Below, piece by piece: positions 1-10,438 of a DNA stretch of 64,000 nucleotides; positions within the stretch are counted from its first letter, which is position 1, and the number at the start of each line of letters is the position of its first letter. The notes beneath the pieces are model-generated. The model saw only the letters and a program-made list of their open reading frames with translations. It was not told the DNA's origin and did not search any database. A program made the position numbers and the translations under genes. The stretch spans positions 157,752 through 221,751 of the forward strand of contig JBEKOM010000003.1 of the NCBI GenBank assembly GCA_049521795.1, given 5' to 3'. This stretch comes from Candidatus Bathyarchaeia archaeon (lineage in GTDB: Archaea > Thermoproteota > Bathyarchaeia > Bathyarchaeales > Bathycorpusculaceae).

Positions 1-100
1 TAGTCTCCAAAGGGTTCACTTTGCCACAGACTGGACAAACCTTTGCGTTGGGAGGAACTAGCTGACCGCAGTATTTGCATGGTTTCCTGTAGCTTGACAT
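1..100 (-). CDS. Zinc-ribbon protein, N-terminal part (runs off window start)
   Basis: Manual translation from ATG at 100: MSSYRKPCKYCGQLVPPNAKVCPVCGKVNPLET, two CxxC knuckles; not in ORF track. Confidence 0.75.
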   Translation of the reverse strand, partial: MSSYRKPCKYCGQLVPPNAKVCPVCGKVNPLET

Positions 101-226
101 GAGCCTTCACTTAACAAGTTGCTAGACGTTTTGGTATTATACTTTTGTTGGGTCTGTGCCGCTGAACATAAGCTTCTTATAATCGCACATTCGATCCTAG
201 TTTGTCACACGTCAGGAGTTGTTGTG

Positions 227-886
227 ATGCCTTTCATTCCGTTTACGAGAAACTACGCGGACAACAGCACTGAAGCGGGGTTCGAATTCACGTTCTACTG
301 CGACGTCTGCAACGACGGCTACAAGACCAGCTTCATGGAATCAAAAACCTACAAGAAAGCAGGGCTTCTAAGGGGATTGGGCAGAGCTGCTTCCATAGGA
401 AGCTCAGTGCTGGGTCGTGGAGGCGGATACCAGGTCGAAAGCGGAACAGACGTGATCTCCGAACGGTTCAGCGGCATGTCTCCTGCTTGGCACAAGGAAC
501 ACGAAGAAGCCTTCAAACTCGCTCAGAACGAGGCCATGGGACACTTTCACAAGTGTCCAAAGTGTGGAAAATGGGTTGACGACACGTGCTGGAACGACGA
601 AGACGGTCTCTGCACTCAGGATGCTCCGAGAGCTGCAACGGAGATCGCAGCCGCAAGAGCCACTCAGAGGAAGGAACAGATATGGAAGAAGGCAGAAGAG
701 ACGCAGGTCTTCACCGGCGAAATCAAAGCCACACAGACCATTTGTCCACAGTGCGGGAAACCGGCTGGAGCAGGCAAGTTCTGCACAAACTGCGGAGCCC
801 CACTGGGCATGCTGAAGTGTTCAAAATGCGGAGCGCAGAACGTTCCAGGCACCAGATTCTGCGGAGAATGTGGAAACAAACTCTAG
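227..886 (+). CDS. Double zinc ribbon (DZR) domain protein
   Basis: Multiple CxxC pairs (CDVC, CPKC, CPQCG..FCTNCG, CSKCG..FCGECG); ATG at 227 after AGGAG preferred over the track start at 119. Confidence 0.8.
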   Translation: MPFIPFTRNYADNSTEAGFEFTFYCDVCNDGYKTSFMESKTYKKAGLLRGLGRAASIGSSVLGRGGGYQVESGTDVISERFSGMSPAWHKEHEEAFKLAQNEAMGHFHKCPKCGKWVDDTCWNDEDGLCTQDAPRAATEIAAARATQRKEQIWKKAEETQVFTGEIKATQTICPQCGKPAGAGKFCTNCGAPLGMLKCSKCGAQNVPGTRFCGECGNKL

Positions 887-913
887 ACCAGTGCAACAAC
901 ACCTAAGAACTTC

Positions 914-2287
914 GTGGTGCGGAGCGAAGGCCAGAAAGAGATACACTTGGCAAGCGAAGAAGAAAACAAGAGCGCAATCGAATGCCCGATGAGCTACACA
1001 CTTCTCAATGAGAACGGTGAACAAACAGCCAGTGGCGACTGCAAAGGAACGATAGACAAGGAGTATCTCACGTTATTCCCCAAATTCGGCGACATTCTGC
1101 CCGTCCATTTGAGAGACATAGACCAGGTTGAAACAGAAGACTATCGAATCGTTCTCTCGCTCTCTTCAAAAGAAAAGCTCGCACTGTCAAGTCTAGGCTA
1201 CTGTTTTGAAGATTTCCTCAGAGTCCTGACAGACCTTAGAAACGAAGTGATAATCAAAGACCTGCTCATGAACGAACCTGTCCGAAAACCAGACGTCAAC
1301 ATGGAACTCACCTACCGCGACGACAGAGGAAATGAGAGACAAAACATCCCTGGAAAGGTTAGGCTGTACGAGACAGGCATGGTCATCATCCCGTACAAAG
1401 CCGAGATTCTGCGTGTGCCGTACAGCGACATCCTCAACGTTTCAGAGGAGAATCTAAGCGTCAAGGTCAGCACTGAACTCGGAGAACAATTCCTCTTTCA
1501 GAAGATGGGTTCAGAATTCGACCCATTCCTCAAAGAATTCTTAAGGGCCTACAATGAACTTCAATCCAAAGCGGTCAATTCACTCAAAACCCTCTTTCCA
1601 ACCATAGATTCTCTGTCACTTAGAAAAATCGCCACGATCATGAAGGAAGGAAAAGCCGCCAAGAGGACTGACATAGAAGCTATCAATCCAAAACTGTGGC
1701 AGGAGCTGGAAAAGAGAATAGCCCTAGCGGGTTTGAATGAGTCCTACACCTATCTGAAAGAATTGGCTCGACAACAGAAAATGGCCATAGGATTCAAACG
1801 CGGGCTGATGGGCGACCTGACCGGTGAGTACATCTGGTTCCTCGTGCCCATTTACGATGCGGACGAAAAAGACTTTGGAAACGCGGTTGCAATGGAAGCA
1901 ACAGAGCCAACTGGCGAAACGAGTTCTGGAAAAGCCACATACTTTTTCAGGATAATGAACAGGGAAGTCTATCCAAACTCAAGCCTCGAAGAGCGTGACA
2001 GGGAGACAGACAAACTCGTCAAAACGATAAACCGGTGCATGCTCGCGATAAACTTTCGCAGAGAACCCATATACCTCGCAGACGAGAAGCTGGATGAAGC
2101 TGACTACTCCAAGTACAGAACAGCCGTGAAAAAAATCCCGCTGCTACAAGTGCTCAGAAGCCTGTACATCGGAAGAGTGATACACGCTTCGCCAGATCAG
2201 TGGAAAAGTGACGTGATAGACCTGCTCAGATTCAACTTGAAGACGCAGGATGAACGAGCGAAATGGGAAAAGAAGGGAATCCGCTGA
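914..2287 (+). CDS. Hypothetical protein, possibly tandem PH-like beta domains
   Basis: 457-aa ORF directly downstream of the DZR gene; N-terminal half has two beta-rich segments ending in a helix. Confidence 0.65.
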   Translation: MVRSEGQKEIHLASEEENKSAIECPMSYTLLNENGEQTASGDCKGTIDKEYLTLFPKFGDILPVHLRDIDQVETEDYRIVLSLSSKEKLALSSLGYCFEDFLRVLTDLRNEVIIKDLLMNEPVRKPDVNMELTYRDDRGNERQNIPGKVRLYETGMVIIPYKAEILRVPYSDILNVSEENLSVKVSTELGEQFLFQKMGSEFDPFLKEFLRAYNELQSKAVNSLKTLFPTIDSLSLRKIATIMKEGKAAKRTDIEAINPKLWQELEKRIALAGLNESYTYLKELARQQKMAIGFKRGLMGDLTGEYIWFLVPIYDADEKDFGNAVAMEATEPTGETSSGKATYFFRIMNREVYPNSSLEERDRETDKLVKTINRCMLAINFRREPIYLADEKLDEADYSKYRTAVKKIPLLQVLRSLYIGRVIHASPDQWKSDVIDLLRFNLKTQDERAKWEKKGIR

Positions 2288-2452
2288 GGACATGGGTTTC
2301 TAGAGGTCCGAGTCAAACGGTGTCCTGTTAAGGGTCAACACAATCTGTTGCGATGAATATTCACGGCTGCAAATGTTCTAGTTTACAATAAGCCTTTGGT
2401 CTTCGAGTATAGCGAGTTGTGTTGAGCAGAGGAAGGCGAGTTGACGTTTTCT

Positions 2453-2536
2453 TTACTTTCTTCTTACGTAACTCTTAACGTGTACTGTCTTGTGCTTATT
2501 TCCTGGTTTGGCTCTTTTGTAGGATTGTACTTTCAT
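2453..2536 (-). CDS. Putative 27-aa basic micro-protein
   Basis: MKVQSYKRAKPGNKHKTVHVKSYVRRK*, internal repeat V-x-S-Y-x-R; lies in an otherwise empty intergenic gap. Confidence 0.45.
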   Translation of the reverse strand: MKVQSYKRAKPGNKHKTVHVKSYVRRK

Positions 2537-2726
2537 TTTCTCACTTGTGCATAATCAGAACGCTTATGCTAGAAAAGAGTTATGAAGCGGCGATTCAGAG
2601 TTCAAATCTATGGTTTTGGCAACTACGATGGTTGTCGGGTACTGTTAAGTTAAGTTACCTACTTGTTTGCCCGTTTTTTGGTGGTTTTTGTTTCAAGATT
2701 TTGCGTGCGCGCTAAGCCTTGGTATG

Positions 2727-3515
2727 TTACCAATGTGACTTGATTCCTTTGCAAAAGATTGCCCCTGTGCCAAATCTCAAACCAACTGTTTTGATTTGTC
2801 TCACCATTTTGGCGTGAACAAGGCGAACTTCTTTTCTCTCTACCCCACCTTCTACAGCAAGCTCCCAGAGCGATTCTTTGCCATCGCCAAATAGGTTCTT
2901 CGTCGCCCATTCAAACGTCGGAACGTCAGTTACTACAGGCGGCTCCCTCACCATGACCTCTACGTTTCCCAACCCAGCCTTGTGAAATAGAGCTCTTATG
3001 TTACGTTCGTTGAAAGGCACTCGACGTATAGTTGCATAAAAGGCCCTTTTGATTTGAATAGGAATGCCTAGAAGTCCTCCAGGCTCTGCGACCACGACCC
3101 TTCCACCGTGTTTTGCCACGCGCACCATTTCTCTCATCGCTTTTAATCTATGATCTAGAGATGCAACCAAAGACTTACAGCATACGACATCGGCAAAATA
3201 ATCTTTAACTGGAATACTGTAGACATCTCCAAATCTGGATTCAAGCGTTTGATACTGACTCTTTTTCGCAGCTCTCCGTCTTGCTTGCCGGATAGCAGAC
3301 TTTGAAATATCTAGGCCTATGACTTTTCCACTTTCCCCAACTTTTTCTGCTAGTTTAAACCCGAGGAACCCTGCCCCTGTTCCAACATCAACTATCGTTT
3401 CCCCTGTCTTTGGTCCAATAAACTGCACTATACTATCAAGCAGTTGTTTGCTCTGTTCTGGGAACCTTCGGTACATTTTCTCAGGGATTTTGTATGCAGA
3501 TTCGGTCGAAGACAT
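2727..3515 (-). CDS. Class I SAM-dependent methyltransferase (UbiE/ArsM-like)
   Basis: VDVGTGAG motif I, GLDIS motif II, EMVRVAKHGG. Confidence 0.85.
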   Translation of the reverse strand: MSSTESAYKIPEKMYRRFPEQSKQLLDSIVQFIGPKTGETIVDVGTGAGFLGFKLAEKVGESGKVIGLDISKSAIRQARRRAAKKSQYQTLESRFGDVYSIPVKDYFADVVCCKSLVASLDHRLKAMREMVRVAKHGGRVVVAEPGGLLGIPIQIKRAFYATIRRVPFNERNIRALFHKAGLGNVEVMVREPPVVTDVPTFEWATKNLFGDGKESLWELAVEGGVERKEVRLVHAKMVRQIKTVGLRFGTGAIFCKGIKSHW

Positions 3516-3737
3516 TTAACTCCCTCTTCGAAAACCTATTGAGGGTTGGATATTTAATTTTCACTCTTTCCATGATCCGCTTTCATATTCCGCTTGTGCC
3601 AAGATGTCTTTCTCCTCAAGTAACTCAACGGCTCGATAAGAAGAGATTTAAGAAGCATCTGGGCAAATCAGTGAAGCAGGTTGATTGTCCAGATCAATTG
3701 GCACTGATCCAGAGCTCCGATGAGGGATGGTGAAACA

Positions 3738-4523
3738 ATGTGTGGAATATTCGGTTTTTCACTGAGAAAACCTGTGTCCATGAACAAAGTCTTCAAGGTT
3801 CTTCAAAAACTGGAGGTCAATCAGCTTCCGCAAGAGCCGCGGCCCGTCGGTGGTTATGGTGCTGGTGTTGCCGTGCTCTTGGAAGATGGCAACCTGCTAG
3901 TCGAGAAAGTTGGAAAGGTCGATGGGTCTCCTGCTTGTCACCTGCCTGAAATTGTCAAGGTCAAGGACGCCTCAGTCTTGCTTGGACATGTGAGGATGCC
4001 GAGTCCGGAGTTCATGAGCACGGCCAAGCTCAAGGAGACTGCGCAGCCCTACGTCGTTGAACGCGACCCAGGGTTAACCATAGCCTCGGTTCACAACGGG
4101 AAAATGGAGAATTATGAAGAGGTCAGAAAGAAGTTCGGGGCCGGACACGTTTTCGAGTCTGAGAAGGTTGAACTCATCGATTCAGAGGTCATTCCGCATT
4201 TTTTCGAAGAGATGCTCAGTGAAAAGGGAGACGTTACTGAAGCCTTGTACGGGTTTTTCTGTGCTTTAGAGGGCTCAAACGCAGTGGCCATGCTGCAACT
4301 GGGAGAAGAGAACTCGTTCCTGCACCTTGTTCACAAAGGAAAATCAAGGGGACTAACGGTTTGGACCAGTGAAAAAGGCGAGGTGATCTTCTGCTCAAGG
4401 AAAACACCGTTAGTAGAGGAATTCGGGAAAACACTTGAAACAGGAAAGTTCAAAGAGACAATATCAATACCGTACCGCGAAAGCGCTGGCCTGATACTTT
4501 CTTACCCGTTGCCGGGAAGATAA
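3738..4523 (+). CDS. Class II (Ntn) glutamine amidotransferase domain protein
   Basis: N-terminal MCGIFG, GHVR, AQPY, VHNG, DSE motifs. Confidence 0.85.
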   Translation: MCGIFGFSLRKPVSMNKVFKVLQKLEVNQLPQEPRPVGGYGAGVAVLLEDGNLLVEKVGKVDGSPACHLPEIVKVKDASVLLGHVRMPSPEFMSTAKLKETAQPYVVERDPGLTIASVHNGKMENYEEVRKKFGAGHVFESEKVELIDSEVIPHFFEEMLSEKGDVTEALYGFFCALEGSNAVAMLQLGEENSFLHLVHKGKSRGLTVWTSEKGEVIFCSRKTPLVEEFGKTLETGKFKETISIPYRESAGLILSYPLPGR

Positions 4524-4558
4524 AGAATAAGACTTGCGATCACCCATCTTTTCGACTT

Positions 4559-7492
4559 GTGAGAATGCCTAAACCCAAGTTGAACCTAAAAGTCTTCAAA
4601 CAGCTTGCGAAACCCATTCGTGACTCTTTGTCTGAACTGGGCTTCACTGAGCCCACTTTACCCCAGAAGATGGCCATTCCTCACGTAGCAAAGGGCGAAA
4701 ACGTCCTCCTGATTGCTCCCACAGGAAGCGGCAAAACAGAGGCGGTTCTGCTCCCGATCTTCTCAGACTTGATTCAGCGGGAAAAAAGGAAGGGCATAAC
4801 CCTGATCTACATCACACCTATGAGGGCCTTGAATCGTGACCTGCTGAAACGACTGTCATTCTGGTCTTCAAGGTTGGGCCTTTCGATCGAGGTGAGACAT
4901 GGAGACACCGAACAGAAGCTTCGGAGAAGGCAAGCCATTTTTCCGCCTGAAGTGCTTGTGACGACGCCTGAAACGCTTCAGGCCATTCTGCCAGGTTCGC
5001 GCATGAGACAGCACTTGGCCAATGTAAAGTATGTCATTGTTGACGAGGTGCACGAACTTGCGTCAAGCAAGCGTGGTGTTCAGCTTGCCGTAGCCTTAGA
5101 AAGGCTTCAGGAGATCGTTGGAAAAGAGTTTCAAAGGATAGGTTTGTCAGCCACTGTCGGCAACGCTGATGAGGTGGCCCAGTTCATCGCTGGCACAGGC
5201 AGAAGTGTCGAGGTGGTTGAAGCCTCATTCGTTAAGGGCTACAGATATCGTGTCGAAAACCCGAGTCCGATCGAGTCGGACTTCGACCTAGCTGCGAAGC
5301 TCAATACGGCGCCTGAAGCGGCTGCAAGAATAAGACGCATAACTGAGCTTGTTGACAGTCACAAGTCGACCTTGATTTTTGTGAACGCTCGAACGATTGC
5401 TGAGATGCTGGGCTACAGGTTTAATCAGCTCGGGCGCAGTGACGTTGCTGTTCATCACGGTTCCTTGTCCAAGGAGGAGCGAGCCCAGATTGAGGACGAG
5501 TTTAAAGCTGGTGTCTTGAAAGCGATTATCTGCACGAGCACGTTGGAGCTTGGCATAGACATTGGAAGCATTGACCTGGTTATTCAGTATCTTTCGCCCA
5601 GACAGGTCAGCAGCTTGATTCAGAGGGTTGGCCGAAGTGGCCACCGATTGGACATGCTTTCAGAAGGCGTCATCGTAACTGCCTTTCCGGATGACACTTT
5701 GGAGTCGATTGCAGCGGTTAGGAACGCTTGCAAGAACAAGCTTGAACCGGTCGTGATCCATGAATGTGCCTTGGATGTTTTGGCTCATCAAATCGTTGGA
5801 GCAGTGATGGATAAAGGCACGGTGGAGTCGAAGGAATTATTATCGATTTTGCGACGTGCTTATCCTTACAGGAAGATTTCAGAAGACACTTTTTATGAAG
5901 TGGTATACTTTTTAGAGCGTTTGGGAAACATAAGAATAGGAGAAGAAGGCACGGTTTTGAGAAAGGCTCGGAAGACTAGAAGCTACTATTATGAGAACCT
6001 ATCTATGATTCCGGACGAGAGACGCTATCCGATCGTGAACGTGATTTCTGACAGAAAAATTGGAACCTTGGGCGACGAGTTCATGGCCTTGAAAGCCAGA
6101 GTAGGCTTGAACATCATCCTCAAGGGCAGAGTGTGGCGAATCGTCCAGATCGAGCAGGAAACCGGCGTTGTCTACGTTGTTCCTTCAGAAGACCCTCTGG
6201 GCGCGATTCCAGGGTGGGACGGTGAGATGCTTCCCGTCCCTTTTGACCTCGCACAGGCAACGGGGACACTTCGAGAAGAAATTGCAGATCAGCTGAAGAA
6301 GACGAAAAACGCGGAAGCCGCATCGGAAACGCTTGCAAAAAGACTCTCAACCGACAGATCCGCACTGCTTGCAACAGTCAAAGAGGTTGAAGAGCACGTG
6401 AAAACGGGCGCGCCGCTGCCCACGCACGATCACATCGTTGTCGAATCTTTCGACAAATACCTGATAATTCACGCATGCTTCGGTGAACTGGTGAATCGCA
6501 CTTTAGGCTGCGTTTTTGACGCTGTGCTCTCTGACAGGGAAGTGATAGTCGGCTGGTGGAACGACGGTTACCGCATACTCATCGAGACGCCCAGAAAGCT
6601 GAATCCGAATGAGACTGAAAAACTGTCTAAAACGTTGTTTAGTTTGACAAGCAAAGAGGTTGACAAGGCTTTTGAGGATTATTTGGAAGCGAAGTTTCCC
6701 TTCGGTTACAAGATGAAGTTTGTTGCTGAAAGGTTCGGTGTTTTGCCACGGGGAAAAACCATGAGTTACGAAAGGCAAAGCCAGCTTCCAAGCCGGTTCG
6801 GCAGAACCCCCATTTACGATGAAACACTGCGAGAGGCGATGATAGAGAAAGTCGATACGAAGAGAGCCAAGGAGATCATGCGGCGAGTTAAGAGCGGCAT
6901 CATAAAGGTCAGCACTGTGTGCAGCTTGGAGAAACCAACACCGTTGGCTTATCACATCCTCGCGAAGTTTTCAGACATGTCAGAGCTGATGGCGCCCGAA
7001 CAGGTCTTGCTGAACAACATAGACAGGATGAAAATGACGATAGAGGCTAGAACAGCAAGGATGCTCTGCATGTCCTGCGGCGAATTCGCAGGCGATCTGA
7101 AAATTAGAGAATTGCCTGAACAACCTTCATGCAGGAAATGCGGGTCGAAGCTTCTGACGGTTCTGTACAGAAGTCAAGACGCAAGCCATTTGGGCGAATT
7201 GCTTAAGAGAAGACGCGAAAGCAGCTCGCTTACGGAGGAAGAGCTGAAGGAGTTAACTCAGGCAAGACGAGCCGCGGACCTGGTGTTGAGCTACGGTAGA
7301 AAAGCGCTCATTGCCCTTGAAGTCAAAGGCGTAGGCCCTGAAACTGCATCAAGAATTCTTGGGAAAATGCATCCGAAAGAAGCAGAGTTTTTCATGGACC
7401 TTCTGAAGGCGAAGATTCAGTACCTGCGAACCCGCGAATTCTGGGAAGAAAAAGAAAACCGCAAAGAATTCCGCAGTTTTGACAGCTCATAA
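4559..7492 (+). CDS. lhr: Lhr-family SF2 (DEAD/DEAH-box) helicase with C-terminal Zn ribbon and HhH
   Basis: APTGSGKT, DEVH, GLSAT, HHGSLS, TSTLELGID, QRVGRSGH; C-terminal CMSC/CRKC and GVGPETA. Confidence 0.93.
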   Translation: MRMPKPKLNLKVFKQLAKPIRDSLSELGFTEPTLPQKMAIPHVAKGENVLLIAPTGSGKTEAVLLPIFSDLIQREKRKGITLIYITPMRALNRDLLKRLSFWSSRLGLSIEVRHGDTEQKLRRRQAIFPPEVLVTTPETLQAILPGSRMRQHLANVKYVIVDEVHELASSKRGVQLAVALERLQEIVGKEFQRIGLSATVGNADEVAQFIAGTGRSVEVVEASFVKGYRYRVENPSPIESDFDLAAKLNTAPEAAARIRRITELVDSHKSTLIFVNARTIAEMLGYRFNQLGRSDVAVHHGSLSKEERAQIEDEFKAGVLKAIICTSTLELGIDIGSIDLVIQYLSPRQVSSLIQRVGRSGHRLDMLSEGVIVTAFPDDTLESIAAVRNACKNKLEPVVIHECALDVLAHQIVGAVMDKGTVESKELLSILRRAYPYRKISEDTFYEVVYFLERLGNIRIGEEGTVLRKARKTRSYYYENLSMIPDERRYPIVNVISDRKIGTLGDEFMALKARVGLNIILKGRVWRIVQIEQETGVVYVVPSEDPLGAIPGWDGEMLPVPFDLAQATGTLREEIADQLKKTKNAEAASETLAKRLSTDRSALLATVKEVEEHVKTGAPLPTHDHIVVESFDKYLIIHACFGELVNRTLGCVFDAVLSDREVIVGWWNDGYRILIETPRKLNPNETEKLSKTLFSLTSKEVDKAFEDYLEAKFPFGYKMKFVAERFGVLPRGKTMSYERQSQLPSRFGRTPIYDETLREAMIEKVDTKRAKEIMRRVKSGIIKVSTVCSLEKPTPLAYHILAKFSDMSELMAPEQVLLNNIDRMKMTIEARTARMLCMSCGEFAGDLKIRELPEQPSCRKCGSKLLTVLYRSQDASHLGELLKRRRESSSLTEEELKELTQARRAADLVLSYGRKALIALEVKGVGPETASRILGKMHPKEAEFFMDLLKAKIQYLRTREFWEEKENRKEFRSFDSS

Positions 7493-8231
7493 CAAGATGA
7501 ACAGTTCCCAAGGTGAAAACTTGGCTGGTCTCACGGGGAAGCTCAAAGATTTCGTCAAAAAGAAGGGAGCAACACTCGTGGGAGTAGCAACCACAAAAAG
7601 ATTTTCAAGAGCGCCGAAAGGCCATCGTCCGAGAGACCTCTTGCCGAACGCCAAAAGCGTCATCTCCATAGGACTACGCATAAACAAGTCTTCAATTCTT
7701 CAACTTCCAAAAACCATGAGAGAGTACAAGATAAACTATGACGTGGCAAACCAGAAGCTTAACAGCCTAGCATGGGAGACAGCGCGATTTCTCGAAGACC
7801 TTGGATACGAAGCCTTAGCGATTCCAGCCAGCTCACCGTACGACAAAAAGAAGAATTTCGGGGATATGTCCCACAAGCACGCAGCCGTCGCAGCTGGCAT
7901 GGGCAGGTTTGGAATGAACAATCTGGTCCTGACACCAGATTACGGGCCTTACGTACGTTTTGTCACAGTCATAACAAGCGCCGCGCTCAGACCTGATAGA
8001 CCCTTGACCGAGGACATTTGCCTTCTGGAAAAGTGCCTAAAATGCGTCAAGGCTTGTCCTGCCGGAGCCTTGGAAAACCCAGTGTACGATGCTTCTGAAG
8101 GATGGCTGATAAACAAGGAGAAATGTCACGAATACATGCACATCGTCTCTGGCGGGACCGTATGCGGCCTGTGCATCAAAGCGTGCCCAATAACGAGACC
8201 ACAAGACCCGCGATCAAAATCCAACGATTGA
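7479..8231 (+). CDS. Epoxyqueuosine reductase/reductive dehalogenase-like 4Fe-4S protein
   Basis: SHKHAAVAAGMG, GxNNLVLTPDYGP, CxxxxCxxCxxxCP and CxxCxxxCP. Confidence 0.85.
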   Translation: MTAHNKMNSSQGENLAGLTGKLKDFVKKKGATLVGVATTKRFSRAPKGHRPRDLLPNAKSVISIGLRINKSSILQLPKTMREYKINYDVANQKLNSLAWETARFLEDLGYEALAIPASSPYDKKKNFGDMSHKHAAVAAGMGRFGMNNLVLTPDYGPYVRFVTVITSAALRPDRPLTEDICLLEKCLKCVKACPAGALENPVYDASEGWLINKEKCHEYMHIVSGGTVCGLCIKACPITRPQDPRSKSND

Positions 8232-8372
8232 GGGCCATTAAGGATAGAGAACATGAGCAGAGATCCACGCTTAAGCCGACTTCTGGACTGCTCAGCGTCA
8301 CGACCATAAGCATAGGCGCACGCGATGTAAGAACTGCCATTACATGCCGCAAGAGTTGATGTTTGGGTTTGA

Positions 8373-8551
8373 GGGTAAAGTTTTATCCAAACCAAACTGA
8401 CGACGATGCTAGTGGTCTCAGAAGAGGCTAGTGAGACGGCAATATACACGGTTCAGCACATAGCCTATGATCTCTGCAAAGGAGGGGATATAACGGAATT
8501 CAGGTCATAATGGGGTGCGTAAATAGGGGCTATCGGAATCGAGTATACGCC
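8373..8551 (+). repeat. Dispersed ~180-bp element, copy 1 (palindrome GGGTAAAGTTTTATCC ... TCGGAATCGAGTATACGCC)
   Basis: Shares both end motifs and an internal GTCATAATRGGGT with 26576-26765. Confidence 0.75.
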
Positions 8552-8658
8552 CTTTGCGTTTCCGAGCCAAAGGATTGCTTTCTTTCTTTGAAACCCATGC
8601 AGTTTGAATGCGAAGTTTTTTTATAGTGAAAATAAGAATTGCTCAAGAGATGGTGTGA

Positions 8659-9099
8659 ATGAAGGAAGATCGTGTACGAGATTTTGTTGTAACTTGGCTC
8701 AGCAAAAATGACTATACCGATATAAAACTGACCGCCTCACGTGGCGCACCTCGAAAACGCAGAGAAGGAAGGGGACGACCTCGATTGAATCCGACCGATC
8801 CTGATGTCAAAGCGAGAAAAGGATCGGCATATTACTTCATTGAAGTGAAGGGCGATCCACCATTGACTTGGAAAATCTACCAAGCTGTTGGGGAAATCTG
8901 CACTAAGCGAGCATCAACAACCCCAAAGATATGTGCCATTGCTTTTCCAAGGTCTTTTGCTAGAATTCTTTCAAAGACACTTCCCCTCAGAGCCTGGGAA
9001 AAGCTGAAGATAAGAATTCTCATAGTAGATAACTCGGGAAATGTGAGCGAGTTCCCACCGTCCAAAAGGAGTTTTGAAAAAATCCAAGGGCTATTGTGA
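8659..9099 (+). CDS. PD-(D/E)XK restriction-endonuclease-like protein
   Basis: E..V..WL helix, PDVKA..YFIEVKG, YQAVGE; inserted basic segment with GRGRPR. Confidence 0.7.
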   Translation: MKEDRVRDFVVTWLSKNDYTDIKLTASRGAPRKRREGRGRPRLNPTDPDVKARKGSAYYFIEVKGDPPLTWKIYQAVGEICTKRASTTPKICAIAFPRSFARILSKTLPLRAWEKLKIRILIVDNSGNVSEFPPSKRSFEKIQGLL

Positions 9100-9229
9100 A
9101 AAACATATCTACTTACTTGTCAAGAACTCCTATGGGTGAGTTCGCTTTAAGAACTGATTTGGCACATTGGCTCACCCAACGAATTCTCACAATGAAAAGA
9201 CTGATTAGACATCAAATACGACAGATAGA

Positions 9230-10438
9230 ATGGGTATAAGAATGACAGAGAAAGCTTTGTACTATCCTGGGTCGAATGGCGAAGGGTCAATTAATGTCCC
9301 AAACCTTCATTTTCTTCCCTCTAGGACCATGGAGGGCTTTGATGGGTTCAGCCCGATAGTTATTCTTGGTGGAACAGTCGATTTTGTCCCGTTTCAGGAA
9401 AAAGAATACGAATGCGCCAGAATTGAAAGAGAGGCATTTAATTCTCTTCAGAAAGGGAATGTTGTTTGTCTGACTGCAAATGTGGACGGCCTGATGGGAA
9501 GCATTCTTGGAAGGATAGGTGCAGGATTTCTTTCTTCTTCTTCTTCACAGTTACGGGTTGACCATGTAGTGAAAAGATCAGAGTTCCTCCCGTTCTACCA
9601 AGGATTTGTCTCATTGCATGGTCACATTGTTGGCGGGCCTTTTGACGACGTAATCTGCGAAGATGCAGACAAAGAGGTGATCGGTTTTGCCAAGAAAGTG
9701 GACAAGGGTGTTCTGATTGCTTTACCCTGCCTTATGCCTATCGACAAATTCTCTGACTATTTCTACTTAGATAGATTTCTGAACTCACTGTTTGACGCTC
9801 TGGATAAATATGGCCCTAAAATCCAGTACAAACCACCGCTCTGGATTGACTCATTTACGTTTCCTAAAGAAATCCCTGTATTGTCCACGGTTCAGAGGCT
9901 TCAGAACGAACTCGAATTGCAGAAAAAAGTGTTGGAAGGGTATCTGAGGCTTAAAGAAATCTTGTGGTTTAGAAATAACGAGTTGGTCGTTTCAGTTATC
10001 AAGTTCTTCGAGAGCATGGGATTGAGGACAAAGAGGGAAGAGAAATACGAGGAAGATTTTTGGATTTTGGATGGAAAAGATGAGGACATTATTGTGGAGG
10101 TAAAAGGGCTAGATAAAAACCTGACAAGGCAACACATAAGTCAGTTAGACGAGCACAGAGCGGCAAGGGAAAAACCTGATGACTTCCCCGCATTACTAGT
10201 CGTCAACAGTTTTAACAGAGCTGTTTCCTTAAAGGAAAAGAACGAGGCTTTTGCTCCAAATGAAATAAAGAAGGCCGTTCAAACAAATGTTCTCTTGATG
10301 AGAACGTTTGATCTGTGTCAGGTGTTTTCCATGATCGAAGAAAGAAAATTGAATGCTTCGAAACTGATTAGAATAATCAAGACTGAAAAAGGTTGGTTGA
10401 AAGCAATAGGTTCCGCCTTGGAAATCAAACATGAATGA
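9230..10438 (+). CDS. Protein with coiled coil and C-terminal PD-(D/E)XK nuclease-like domain
   Basis: EDFWI..IIVEVKG..ISQL motif after a helical linker. Confidence 0.7.
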   Translation: MGIRMTEKALYYPGSNGEGSINVPNLHFLPSRTMEGFDGFSPIVILGGTVDFVPFQEKEYECARIEREAFNSLQKGNVVCLTANVDGLMGSILGRIGAGFLSSSSSQLRVDHVVKRSEFLPFYQGFVSLHGHIVGGPFDDVICEDADKEVIGFAKKVDKGVLIALPCLMPIDKFSDYFYLDRFLNSLFDALDKYGPKIQYKPPLWIDSFTFPKEIPVLSTVQRLQNELELQKKVLEGYLRLKEILWFRNNELVVSVIKFFESMGLRTKREEKYEEDFWILDGKDEDIIVEVKGLDKNLTRQHISQLDEHRAAREKPDDFPALLVVNSFNRAVSLKEKNEAFAPNEIKKAVQTNVLLMRTFDLCQVFSMIEERKLNASKLIRIIKTEKGWLKAIGSALEIKHE

